Source of the DNA: the human T2T-CHM13v2.0 reference genome, Homo sapiens
DNA: 64,000 nucleotides
Strand: one strand, 5' to 3'
Assembly: GCF_009914755.1 (NCBI RefSeq)
Contig: NC_060942.1
Shown piece after piece: positions 1-12,379 of this stretch (the stretch's first letter is position 1; each line of letters begins with the position of its first letter). A program made the translations under genes and the position numbers. The notes below the pieces were generated by a model that was given only the letters and a program-made list of their open reading frames with translations, did no database searches and was not told the origin of the DNA.

Positions 1-1084
1 GCCAATGCCCTCCTACGCCCCTCAGCTCCAGGCCTCCTGGCCTCACACCACCCTAGAACATTCTTGTTGCCCAAACCTCAGAGGAGGGCTTTCCCTGAAC
101 CAACTCTGACTTCCTGCTTCCTCTCTGACCCTACATGGTGGTACTCCACCTCTGCCAGACATCCCTTCCCTGCTCTGCCTGCAGCTTCATCAAAGCCTAC
201 TGGGCCCTGGAGAAGAGAGCCATGCCAATCCCCCCTGCAGTGAGCTAGCATAGTGCATTCAGGTTAGTTACTTTCCTTCTTGGGCATCTCTGGTTTATAA
301 CATGAGCCTCTTGGAGAGGGCGGTATTTTGAACAAAAGGAAATAATCTTTCATTGTGAAATTTCAAGGACTGTGGGGGAAGAAATCCAGTGAGGCTGGAG
401 GGCAGTAATGGGGGAACAGAGAGATCTCTGAGATACAACAATGTCACACGGACCAGCCATGAGCTACTACTGGAAATCTGTTTTTCAAAATTTAAAAGAG
501 TCAATTTCCAGATGTCTGCTTAGCGGAGCCAAACTGCTGTTGATTTGTTCCCAGTTCGCCACGGAATAAAGTCTGAACTCCTCACCCGAGCACTCCAGAC
601 CTTCCACGTTCTGGCTCCCATAAAGCCTGCTCTCCTTCCTGCCCCTCCTAGGAACCCCACTTGGCCATTCGCTTCCGCACTATCCTGCAGACCTGCTCGG
701 GGCTTCCCAGCCTGCACACTAGCCCAGGCCTGAGCATGCTCCTTTACCAGCACCACTGCACTGCACAACTCCAGTGGGTGCCGTGCTCATGCCAGGCTGT
801 GTGCGTGCAGTGCACAGCATGGCAATCCATGTGCTGCCTCATCCATAGCCTCCACTTCAGGAAGTCTCCCGTGCACCCCTGCAACCTTCCTCTTCTCAAT
901 TTCTTTGTTGCCTAGAACCTGCAGCTCACTTCAGGCACTGGACACTCCCTGCTTCACATTCTCTTGATCTGAGTGGGTGGGGGTAGGTCCCCAATCAGAG
1001 CACAAATGCCCTGAGGGCAGTGACTGAGTCCTAAGACCTCACACCCCAGGTGAGCGGGCTGAGAAGTTCACGTTGGCTTTCTAC

Positions 1085-1259
1085 TGTGAACTTTTCCTGG
1101 GCCAGCATCCACAGCAGCAACAGGCAACTTGCTAGAAATGCACATTCTGGGGCCCCACCCCAGAAGTCTTGAATCAGATGCTCTGGTGGTGGGGCCCAGC
1201 ACCCTGTTTTGGCAAGCCCACCAGGCAACTCCGATGCGCATGAGGCTTGAGACCCACTG
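1085..1259. mobile_element. MER5A-like hAT-Charlie MITE
   Basis: GCTAGAAATGCACATTCTGGGGCCCCACCCCAG...GAATCAG...GGGGCCCAGC...TTGAGACCCACTG matches recalled MER5A. Confidence 0.8.
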
Positions 1260-2276
1260 AGTTATAGGATCCTCAACATCCTTTCTGGGTTTACTCAACA
1301 GGGTTTTCCAGCTAGGGAAGGGGCAGGCATCATCTTGTCGGACTGTTACAGAGACCCCATCCCCAGGTATTTCTCAGGCATCTCCAAGTGAACTCGCTCA
1401 GAAAGCCTCCATGCAGCCTGAAGTGCTATCATGCCAAGGTTGCCAGCCAACAGCGCAGAGCAGCCAGGATGCTTCAGCGCTCCTCCAAAGGGCTCTCCTG
1501 TTCAACAAGCCTTCCCTGGGCCCTGCTAGCTGGGTGGTTACATTATTCAGCAACCAAGTAGAGTTTAACAGTGTCCCTGTCTCCCAACCAAGCAATTCAC
1601 CCCAACTGTGCTACGGGCTTTTCCAACACAAAGCAGGGCAGTGTTCAGGAACTTGGCAACAGGAAGGCCCTCCTCCAGGTCCCCACACCTTTTCACAGTC
1701 TGCCCAGGCTAAAGCCCCTGGCATCCCATCTCCTAGGGCAGAAGTGAGTAAGGAAGGGAGGTCAGACCAGATATAAAGAGCCAGATCCCAGCGCCACTCT
1801 GGACTTACAGAATCAGAATTGCTAGGAGTACCTGGGGATCCAGATGTTGATCAAGTCTCCCTGCCATTCTTATCGGACAATTCAAGAAATGATCAATGGG
1901 CCGACGTGCATTATCTAACAGATGAGGGAACTGAGGCCCAAAGCAGTGAGTGACTGGCATTCCCTGACCATCCCAGGCCACAGAGCATTCTCTCCACCCT
2001 CTCAGCCCCCACAGCACCCACCACCTGGGTCCCCCTCACAGTTCCTAACACACATAATCCTACACTAAACTTCTAAACACTGCCCTATGTGGCCCTGCTT
2101 TCTCCCCCACTGAACTGGAAGGGACTAGAGACAGGACCAGGCCTGAGACAGGACTCCTCCCACAGTACTGTGCTCAGTTCAGGGCACAGGGAAGGAATGA
2201 ACCATCCCCTGAGGCAGCCTGCATTCTCCATGAGCATATGTGCTAAGATTAATCTATGAGATCACCAGATTGTCAC

Positions 2277-2350
2277 CTTGAAACACACCGGAAGGTCTGT
2301 CCCAGAGGGGTGAGAGAACATATAGATTCTGATGGGAGGCAGACAGCCAC
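2277..2350 (-). other. Candidate 74-nt internal exon (probably UTR or cryptic)
   Basis: Minus strand: CTCTAAC branch-like motif, pyrimidine tract, CTGCAG|GTGGCT...TTCAAG|GTGACA. Donor only moderate. Confidence 0.3.
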
Positions 2351-3007
2351 CTGCAGAATAGGTCGGGGGTGGCCAGGAGGAGGAAGTTAGAGCAAGAAGC
2401 CAGTGCTCCTGTTGGAGGCTGGGAAGGGGGAGGGAGGAATGCCACAAAGACAAACTGCACCTTCTTGTTGATTTTGCTCAGCCAGGCCCGGGAGAAACAC
2501 AGCTGGGAACTGGGACGCAGAGCTCACACTTCCTCACCTCTCCCTCTCAGGAGCCCTTCCCTGACACATAGGAAAGGTGACAATGAAACAGAGACAAAGA
2601 AGAGCTCCGAGGAGTAAACAAGCCTGCTCAGCGCTCAGCGTCGTTTAGGTGCTGGAGGGCCCAGGAATTCTCCCCAGGTGCCCCGGGCAGTGTAGGACTC
2701 CTCAATTTGCCTTTCCCCAGCAGCACAGTCGGTGACTGCCAAGGTGAGGAGCTTTGGGGAACTCCTGGAAGGTCTCACTAGTATTTGAACTCTGCCCCAC
2801 CCAACCCTGACCAGGGCCTCCCACCTCCTCCAGCCAGTCATGTAGACTGGTAATAACAAACACCCCAAAATTTCAGTGGCCTGAGACAACAAAAGTGGAT
2901 TTCATGCTCATAGGACATGTCCACTAATTCTTCTCCTCAATCCAGCTTTTTCATCTCCAAATTTAGCCTAAACTAACGGCACAGAGTAGAAGTTTTTGTT
3001 ACACAGC

Positions 3008-3736
<729 letters not shown>

Positions 3737-3769
3737 GCAGCACAACTCTTGCAGGCATGGAATTGATTT

Positions 3770-4330
3770 CTGTGCCAGTCAGGATAGGCTGGGCCATGCT
3801 GCAGTAACAACAACCAACTCCCAAATTGTAGTAGCTGAGAACACTGAGGGTTTATGCTAATAAATATAGGGCTTCTTTCTGGAGTGATGCAAATGTTTTA
3901 AAATTAGAGAGTGGTGACAAGCCTGTGAATATACTAAAAAACATTGCACTGTACACTTAGAGGGATGAACTTTATCTCAATAAATGAGAGGCATGAATTT
4001 TATCTCAATAAAGCTATTAAAAACTAGTCCCGGTTTCCTCCTCCCTTATGCCTGGCTGGTGTTGATCACAGGTCCACAGGGGCCTTCCTGTTGGAATCAC
4101 TCAAGGTTTAGGCTGATGCAGTAGCCCCTGTCTCCAATGCTTCCTGCTGTCCTGTGAGCTCTGGAGGGCCTTGTACTGGCAACAAGATGCTCTGACCTGG
4201 AAGTGAAACCCATACTTCACTCACAACTTACTGCCCGGAGTACATCCTGTGACCCCAGCCCCCAACAAAGGGCACAGGAAGGATAATCCTGCCAAGGGCC
4301 AGATGACAAGAGAACTAGCTGGTGGCCATC
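3770..4330. mobile_element. Old MLT1 LTR remnant interrupted by an L1M 3' end (about 3865-4022, +)
   Basis: CATGCTGCAGTAACAAC MLT1 motif; L1M tail TATCTCAATAAAGCTATTAAAAA. Confidence 0.6.
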
Positions 4331-5329
4331 ACCCCCATGAACTCACACGCACAGCCACCCAGAACTGGGGCCTGGCCTTCCTCCATCCCCCATGAGAAGG
4401 AGAAATTTTTTCTCTGTGTCATTTTTCACCCTAGGGTGAAGGAAAGCTTTCAGAGCAGGTCTAGAAAGAGGAAACTATGAAAGTCAAAACATGACTTTCA
4501 AAGAAAATGACAGGGAACACTATTATAATATGTAACACAGCAATCTTATAATACATAACAACACTCTAATATAAAATGTAACAAAGTTTTTATAGTAATG
4601 GCAACATGACAGGTACAATGCCACCATGACAGTGAGACAGACAGGCCAGATGTACGAAGGAAAATTTCAAGAATGAGTTTGACAGCTGCTGGACCTTCCA
4701 ACAGATCAAGCATACGAAAGGAGGCCAGAGAAGGCCTGCCCTGCAAGAATGGCCCCTTGAAAGCCCATCAAAAGCTGGTGGTGTTAGTTCTGCGATGTCA
4801 CTTTGTGACTGTAACAGGCTGTCCTTTTCCTTTTGCCCAAAGAGAGAAGAGTGAGAGAGAACTTGGAAAGGAAGCCATGGATGGTGCAAAAGAGGAACAA
4901 GATGTCATTTGTGCTGAGGCCAGGGCTCTGGGAGGGCAGTGCAGAAGGGAGGAGGGGAAGCGAGAGGCTAGAGACCCCTGCCCTTCTAGGGGTGCTTAAC
5001 ATCTGTGGGGACTTGGGAGATTTTTGACTCGGGAAAAGTCTCCAGAAAAGCATACAGCACATTGGGGTTTCCCTGTGTCTCAGAGCTGCAGTTGTTCTGG
5101 TTGCTTCCATAGGCCCAGCCAAAGCATTCTTGGATGTGTTTGAATCTAGAATTGTTCATGAATAGACCCTTCAGGGAGGAAGCTCCCTGCTGTCTGCTGA
5201 GGTCAGAACGTGGCCAGTCTGGAAATGTTGACTCTCACTATCTGTGAATTAGCAGTAGATCCCCTGCGAGAATAACTATTTTGCATTTGCAAGCACTGGA
5301 ATACTACAACAATATGACACTAAATGGAC

Positions 5330-5900
5330 CAATTCAATTCAATTCTATAAACATTTGCACCTCCTTGCACTTCAGACTTGAGAGCAATAGCATGGAAGAG
5401 AAAATGCGTAACCGAACTGCGGACAGAGCAGAGGAGTTAGAGGAGACTCCTGCAGAGTCAACAGTTGAGCTGGGATTTAGACAATGAATATTTCTCAAAT
5501 ATGAGGTTGGGATGGTGGTAGGCATGGGGGATTTTAGGGGAAACTTATGGCATGTGAAAAATCACAGAGCCATGACATGCCACGACAGATTTGAGGAATG
5601 AATGCAAGTATGAGAGGAGCGTGGGAAGAGATGCCCCTAGGCAGGCGGGCCAGGGCCAGAGTACTAGGGGCTTTGAATTGGACTTGACCCAGGAGGACAG
5701 AAGGAGCCAGGGGAGGGAGAGAACACGGTAAGGGGCTGATGAGTAGCCCAGGTGAGAGACGAGGGACTGAACCAAAATAGTGACGGGCACTGAGGGGAGC
5801 CTGCAGGTTTGAGTGGTCTAGTGGAATCCCTAGACCAAGTGACCAGCCAAAGGCAGGGGTGAGTGTGAGGGGAAGGAAGAGTGTGGAGGAGCCCGAGGAA
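5330..5900 (-). mobile_element. L2 fragments
   Basis: Degenerate reverse-complemented L2 3' motifs (ATTCAATTC...AAACATTTG; CCCAGGTGAGAGACGAGG). Confidence 0.55.
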
Positions 5901-6399
5901 GGAGAGTGTCATGAAGGAGGCATGTGGCAGAGACCCCAGGTAGATAAGATGCAGCAGCTGGTGGTGGTGGGTCGCTGGCGGAAGGGTGAGGAAAGGGAGG
6001 TCTCCTTGTGGGTTATGTGTCCCTGAAAGCTGGTTGTTAGGCAAAGGCAGAAAGATGAAAGCTAGGGCATCCAAGGGTCACAGGTGTGTTTTGTTTTTCC
6101 TGGGGGTATGATGAGTGTGTTTCTGTTCTGAGGGGAAGATGCCAGTGGAGGGAGATGGAATTTGAAGATAGAGGCTAGGGAGGGAGGAAGGCTGGTTAGT
6201 GGTACCAGGATGGCCAAGGTCTGCAATGAGCATGGTGGGGTAGCCTGGGCAGGAGACCCAGGACTACGAACATCTCATCTCCCTGCGTCAGGCCAAATTC
6301 ACAAGGCTTGGTGTCCAGAGAGTCACAGGTGACAGAATACAGAACACAACCGCTTTATGCAATATTTTCATTTGTGTGGAAATCTTGGCTTCTCAAAAT

Positions 6400-6535
6400 G
6401 TTTTTATTCATGATTTCACTTCTTCCTCACAATGATCCTATAAGACAGGCACTAATATTCCAGTTTGACAGACGAGGAAGCTGAGTTCAGAGAGGGTAGG
6501 TAGCAGCCCCAGAGTTACACAGCCCCATCACAGAG
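6400..6535 (-). mobile_element. MIR
   Basis: CCTCACAATGATCCTATAAG...ACAGACGAGGAAGCTGAG MIR core. Confidence 0.7.
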
Positions 6536-6766
6536 TCTCAGAGCCCAGAGGAGGCTCGTGTTGATTCTTCCGTATAGTCTTTTGCTAAACATAGAAATCT
6601 AATGCACTCTTTTATTTGACATTGCCAAATATACCCAGGATCAGGCCTAAAACATATCATGGCATCTAATAAACATGCTTCCTAAATGTCCTCCTAGGTA
6701 CGTATGCTGCTCTGGAAATTCTGATGGGTCTTCTCTCCTCTCTCCCCTGATGCCCTGTTGAGAGGA

Positions 6767-6935
6767 CAGTGGGTCTCAACCCCAGGGCACACTGGAATCC
6801 CTTGGGAAACCTTTAAAGAAATATCAAGCCCAGGCTGCACACCAGCCCATGGGATCAGAATCTCTGGGGCTAGGGCCTAAACATCAGAGGCATCCAGGGC
6901 ATTCGGCTGCTCAGAGAGGACTCAGAAGCCCGAGG
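6767..6935. mobile_element. MER5-family MITE
   Basis: CAGTGGGTCTCAAC start; ATCAGAATCTCTGGGG core. Confidence 0.6.
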
Positions 6936-7426
6936 TGGAGGAAAAGACAATCCCTGAAGGTTCATGGGATAAGCCAGGGAGAGGAAGGAACAGAAGCTGT
7001 GCAGATTCAGCAAGTGTGGTCAGACACACAGCCCTCCAGCCAGCACGGCAGGAGGAGACAATGAGGGGAACTGCCTCCCCTCGTGTAACTCCAGCGTTAC
7101 CTGCCAGGGAGCATGTGCCTCTCTCAGGTGAGCTCCCATTCCACCTTCCCAACAGCTCCATCACAGGGAAGGCAGGCTTGGGCATGTCTCCTAGCAGATG
7201 AAGTGACTGAGGCTCAAAGACATGGAACTCCAGCCCCAAGTGTGGCCATCTTTATAGGCAGTCAACTGGAGGACAAGACCTCACTGACAGAGCAGAGCCC
7301 CTGGGACAGAGCTATCTCAGGTCCCTTTCAGTTGCCAAGGCCTTCCTGCAGCTGGGCATCTGTCAGTGAGCTGACAGTCCCTTTTCTCCCCAACAAACTC
7401 AAAGCAAACATGGTTTCATGCTTCCC

Positions 7427-7784
7427 ATGGTCTGAACGTTTGTGTCTGTCTCCCCAGAATTCCTATGTTGAAACCTAATTTCCAATGTGATGGTGTGAGG
7501 AGGTGGGGCCTTTGGGAGGTGATTAGGTCACGAAGGTGGAGCTTTCATGAATGGGACTAGTGCCCTTATAATGGGCTGAAGAGACCAGAGTTATCCCTTT
7601 CCATGTGTAAGGGCACAGCTAGAAGGTGCCATTCTCTGAACCAAAAAGCAGGCCCTCACCAGACACCCAATCTGCCTTGGTATTGGACTTCCCAGCCTGC
7701 AGAGCCATGAACAATCAGTTTCTGCTGTTTATAAGCTCCCTAGTTTATGGCATTTTATTATAGCAGCCTAAACTGGCAAAGACA
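7427..7784 (+). mobile_element. MLT1A-like MaLR solo LTR
   Basis: ATGGTCTGAACGTTTGTGTC...GGGGCCTTTGGGAGGTGATTAGGTCA...GGCATTTTATTATAGCAGCC...AAGACA. Confidence 0.85.
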
Positions 7785-8119
7785 AAGCCTCCCTGGGGGA
7801 GTCCTTGTCACCTGCATTGCTGTGGCCCTTTTTCGTTTTCTAAAACAAGGCATGGGTTAGTTCTAAGGTAACTCCACACACCCCCAAAACCAGCCTTTTG
7901 GCTCGAAGAAGGTACAGGAGTTCCTTACCTCCTACTCTAAACTAGCACCCTCTATGGTCTGTTGTGAGACAAGGGGCTTCAACGACCCACAAATATTTAC
8001 CAGGACACAACTGAGAACCTAAGCTGTGCCAAGAAGGTGTGGCCGCTGCACCTGAGGGCCCACTGTCCAGCTGGGAAACATGACACGCACACAGCAAACA
8101 GGTAAACTGGACGAAGCTA

Positions 8120-8305
8120 ATCTTAGATGCATTCCAGCTCTTGGGGAAGTTATTTAGTCTCTCTTTACCTCAACATCCTCTTCAAAACAATGGGGACAGG
8201 AATGCCAGAACCTTAGAGGGCAGTGTGGGATCGAATGAATTAATCCATGTAAAGTGCTTAGAACGCACCTGAAAGATACTGAGGCTCACTAAGGCTAGTG
8301 CTATT
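8120..8305 (+). mobile_element. MIR
   Basis: AAGTTATTTAGTCTCTCT...ATCCATGTAAAGTGCTTAGAAC. Confidence 0.65.
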
Positions 8306-9289
8306 GCTGTTGGGGTTTTTGTGTTCTTGCTGCTCCGGGAGGGAGGGACCCTCCTGCCTAGAGCAGTTTGGAGAGTGTTTCTATAGGAGGGTGGCCTTTT
8401 AAGAATGAATACAATTGAGAAGGGAGGCCACTATCTAGGAGGAAGCCAGAAAATGAGAAGTCCCGGAGTTGGAATGTGGACATTAATTTACTGTCAGGGA
8501 GCCATGAAGTGCAAGGCCCAGCCCCAGCCCCCACCCACCTAGAATTCCTGCTGCTGCTGCAGGATAGACCATGTTATTAAAGAAAATACCCCACAGGAAC
8601 CTAAACCAAACAACTCTCGGCAACATGAGTTCAAGGAACCTTTGGCTCTATCTCCAAGGCAATTGAAAAGAGCTCAAAACAGATTAAAATATGAGATGAA
8701 TTTTGAAGCCCAGGAAAGAGATAAAATGAATCCTGTGACTGAGGAGCCAATATGATTATTTCATTATTTGGTTAGAAAGTTAAAATGTGCAGGAAATGTC
8801 AGATGCTTTCCCGAGATGGAGGGAGGTTAGGGACAGCGTGGCCATTGGGGGTGTATTCTTTTTAATATTAAAACACAGCTTTACCCCTGACTTGGTTTTA
8901 ATCAGAAAAACCTCACTGGTAGGGCAACCTGCCCTTCTGCCAGCCTACGTGATGTCTTTTTAAACATCCCACCCCTCAATCTTACCCCACCAACACAAAG
9001 CACATCTGTCTTTTTAAAAAACTCTCTCCCCCTTAATAAAACAAAACCCCACAGCCTCCCAGATGAAGGGTACCCTCCCATACCCACTCCACCCCTCAGG
9101 GCACCAATGATGGCCCAAAACCAGACCCACCCAGGAGAAAGCCCAGCTGCCAGCAGCTTCTCCTGCAGGCTTTCCCCACCTTGCCTGACCATTCATTCTC
9201 CTCTGGGGCAATGACCACTCTCACACTGGTTCCTGTCTAGGCCCCCTTGTGTCCTCATATCCCTGTCTTTGTGCCCAATACTCACTTGT

Positions 9290-9750
9290 CTCCTTGGTTA
9301 TTTATTAAAAGATTCCAAGGTGCCAAATTGCAGGTTGCAGGGGGTGCTGGAGACACAAAGAATGGAAGGTTAAGTCCCTGCCCTCAGAGAGCTGACAGTC
9401 CAATAAAGAACACAGACGCACAGCGAGCAAAGGAACGGTGGGTCACAGCAGAGGGACAGGCTGCGGGAGCAAAGAAGGGCTGGTTCACCCATGCAGAGAG
9501 AGGATCAGGAAAATCCACCCACAGGAGGCAGCATTTGGGCCTGACCTTTGAGGGTGAGTGGGCTTTGATTATGCAAAGAGTACAGGAAATTCCAGATGGG
9601 AGCACAGAATTAAGCAAAGGCTTGTGGTCGAGAAATGTGACCCAAATCCCAGAGACACTGAAGAGACCAGTTTGACTGGCATGAAGAGGCCGTATAGGAG
9701 GTGAGGAAAAAAGCTAATGAGGAAGGCTGAGGTCAGATTGATGGGGCTTT
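9290..9750 (-). mobile_element. L2 fragment
   Basis: TATTTATTAA...GGTGCTGGAGACAC...AGTCCCTGCCCTCAGAGAGCT. Confidence 0.65.
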
Positions 9751-9759
9751 TGCATTTTA

Positions 9760-10460
9760 ATTTTTAAAATAAGTAATACATTAAATGGTTCAAATTCAGA
9801 AGACACAAAAGGATACAGTGAAAAGTCATCCTGCCATCCCTATCCCCTAGCTTTCCTATTTCCATTTCTTGTATATCCTTCCAGAGGTATTGTATGCAAA
9901 CAGAAGTATGTATACACCTTTTACCTTTTGTGCACAAATGGTAGCATACCATATGTAATACATTGTTCTGCCTTTTTCCGTTTAATTATATAAATTATAA
10001 ACCCAAAGTTTTCAAAATGGAGCATGTATCAGAATTACCTGGCCAGCTTACTAAACACAGTTTGCTGGGCCCCACTCCAAAATCTCTGATTCAGCAGGGC
10101 TAGAGTGGGGCCTGAGAATGTGCATTCTCAACAAGTTCCCATGTGATGCTGGTACTGCTGGTCCAGGAACCACACTTTGAGAACCCTGATATAGATCATG
10201 CTACATGGATTTACAAGGAGCTACAGTTATTCATCTTCATGGCTGTGTAGTAGTCCATCATTTGCATATACAGTGATGTGTTTAATCCATCCCCACCATT
10301 TTGGTTGTTTTCAATCTTTTACTGTTTCAAACAGTTCTGCAGGGATTACACTGGTGCTTTCATTATTTCACTCATGTGGAAGTACAGATCTGGGATAAAG
10401 TCTGGGTCAAAGGGTATATACACTGGCAATTTTGACAGATACTGCCAGATAGCATCCTGG
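9760..10460 (-). mobile_element. L1ME/L1MC 3' fragment with nested MER5A (about 10000-10187)
   Basis: Antisense L1M motifs (TTTGGTTGTTTTCAATCTTTT; TTTTGACAGATACTGCCA); MER5A ATCAGAATTACCTGG...CACACTTTGAGAACC. Confidence 0.7.
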
Positions 10461-10479
10461 GGAACATACCTTTGATAAA

Positions 10480-10925
10480 TTCTGTCCTTTGAGTGTGAAT
10501 GAGACCTGTGAATGACTTCCAATACAATATAGCAAAGGTAACGGGATGTCACTCTGTGATTATGTCATATTATATAAGACTCTGTCTGGCTAGTAGAGTG
10601 GCACTACAGACTCTCTATCTCCCTTTCTGGCTTTGAAGAAGCAAGCTGCCATGAATCCTACGGCTATAGGAACTGAATGTCGCCAATAACCATGAGAATA
10701 GAAAAGTGGATCCTTCCCCACTTGGGCCTCCAGATGAGAACCCAGCCCAGGCTGACACCTGGATTGCAGTCTTATAAGGAACCCTAAAGCATGGGACCCA
10801 ACTATGCCATGCAGAGACTCCTAGCCCACAGAAAAAAAAAATAACTCTCTGAGATAACAAATGTATTAGTTCAAGCAGCTACATTTGTGGCAATTCGTTA
10901 GGCAGCCATGGATAACAAAAACAAA
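10480..10925 (+). mobile_element. MLT1 (F/G-like) LTR
   Basis: GGCTTTGAAGAAGCAAGCTGCCATG...CCTCCAGATGAGAACCCAGCCC...GACACCTGGATTGCAG. Confidence 0.7.
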
Positions 10926-11319
10926 CATTTAGGAGGGTGCTCAAAAACTAGGCCATAATAGTGAAAGCCTGAAGTGAACAGGGGCAGAAAATGGTAACAG
11001 GGATAAGGGAGAAGATGTAGGAGATATTTTAGTAGAGGGCAGGGCCTGCAGGTTCATGGAGGGGCAGTCAGAGGGGCTTCCTATTATCAGGGGGCAAGAC
11101 TGTTGGCCAATGTCCCTGAAACAGGTTCAATAAATTTTCATGAGATTATATCACACAGCAGTCTAAGAGGTGGAGAAACTGATATCCTTCCACCTTATTC
11201 CTCTCTAAAAGTGTACCTTCCCTTATAGATGGCTCTGAGATTACCTCAATGCAGCCTACCCAGGCCACCAGCTGCCATCTGCAATTTGCTGACAAGGCAG
11301 ATTAGCAGCCACACAGAGA

Positions 11320-12235
11320 AGACCCATAATAAATCAAGGTGACATTTCAAACCAGTGGGGGAAAGATAGACTTTTCAACTAATTGTGTTGAGACAACTCA
11401 GGAATTATCTGAAAAAAGTTTGGATGACATGTATGAAAGACCTAAACAAAAAATGAAACTATAGAAAGAACTAGAAGAAAAATGTGAAAGACTAGCTGTA
11501 ATATTCAGGTAGGAATGACTTTCAAAACATGACCAAAGCCCAGATATCATTTTTTAATAAAGGGCTACATCTGAGTTCAATAATTTTAAAATATACAACA
11601 CTAGAAAATAAAGTAAAGCCAAAAGATAAATGACAAAATAGGAAAAAATATTTGCAACATACATGGCACGCAGTGGACTAATTTCCTTGCTACGTAATTA
11701 TTGTGCATTTACAAACACGTACAAGTCCATAAGAAAGGCCAGCAACCCAAAAGGGAAATGTAAAATAAAGAAGAAATTGTCCATCTACAAAACAGGAAAC
11801 ATAAATGCATTTTCAACATTTGAAATGGTGCTCGTGCTCAAACAATGCAAGAAATTAAGACTACAAGAAGATCCAGTTTTCATATATCAGGTTGGCAAAT
11901 ATCAATAAATTTAAGTGCTTTCTAAACCAGCGAGTGTATAACAATTCTTATCTACAGCTGGTGAAGTTTAAATCAGTGCCACTACCATATATGTGAAAGG
12001 GCACACATACACATACATGTGCATGCTTACATATGTGAATATACACATGGACTCTCTTGAGAAGGACACACCGCACTGGTGACAGAGACTGCCTCTGCTA
12101 AAGGAACCATGTGACTACTGCCCCTACACAGGAGTGGAAAGGACACTTTTCACTGCTCTATTCCTTTTGTACTATATAAATTTTTCCCAGGGTATTTATG
12201 ACATCTTCAGCAATTTTAAAAAATAATAAAGAAAA
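11320..12235 (+). mobile_element. L1ME ORF2-end and 3' UTR fragment
   Basis: A-rich degenerate L1 ORF2 motifs (GGAAAAAATATTTGCAACATAC). Confidence 0.65.
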
Positions 12236-12244
12236 GGAAGTAGA

Positions 12245-12303
12245 GAGGGCTTCCCCTTCTGGGAAGATGAAGTAGACATGCTTTCCCCTGTTCTTCTCCC
12301 CAA

Positions 12304-12379
<76 letters not shown>

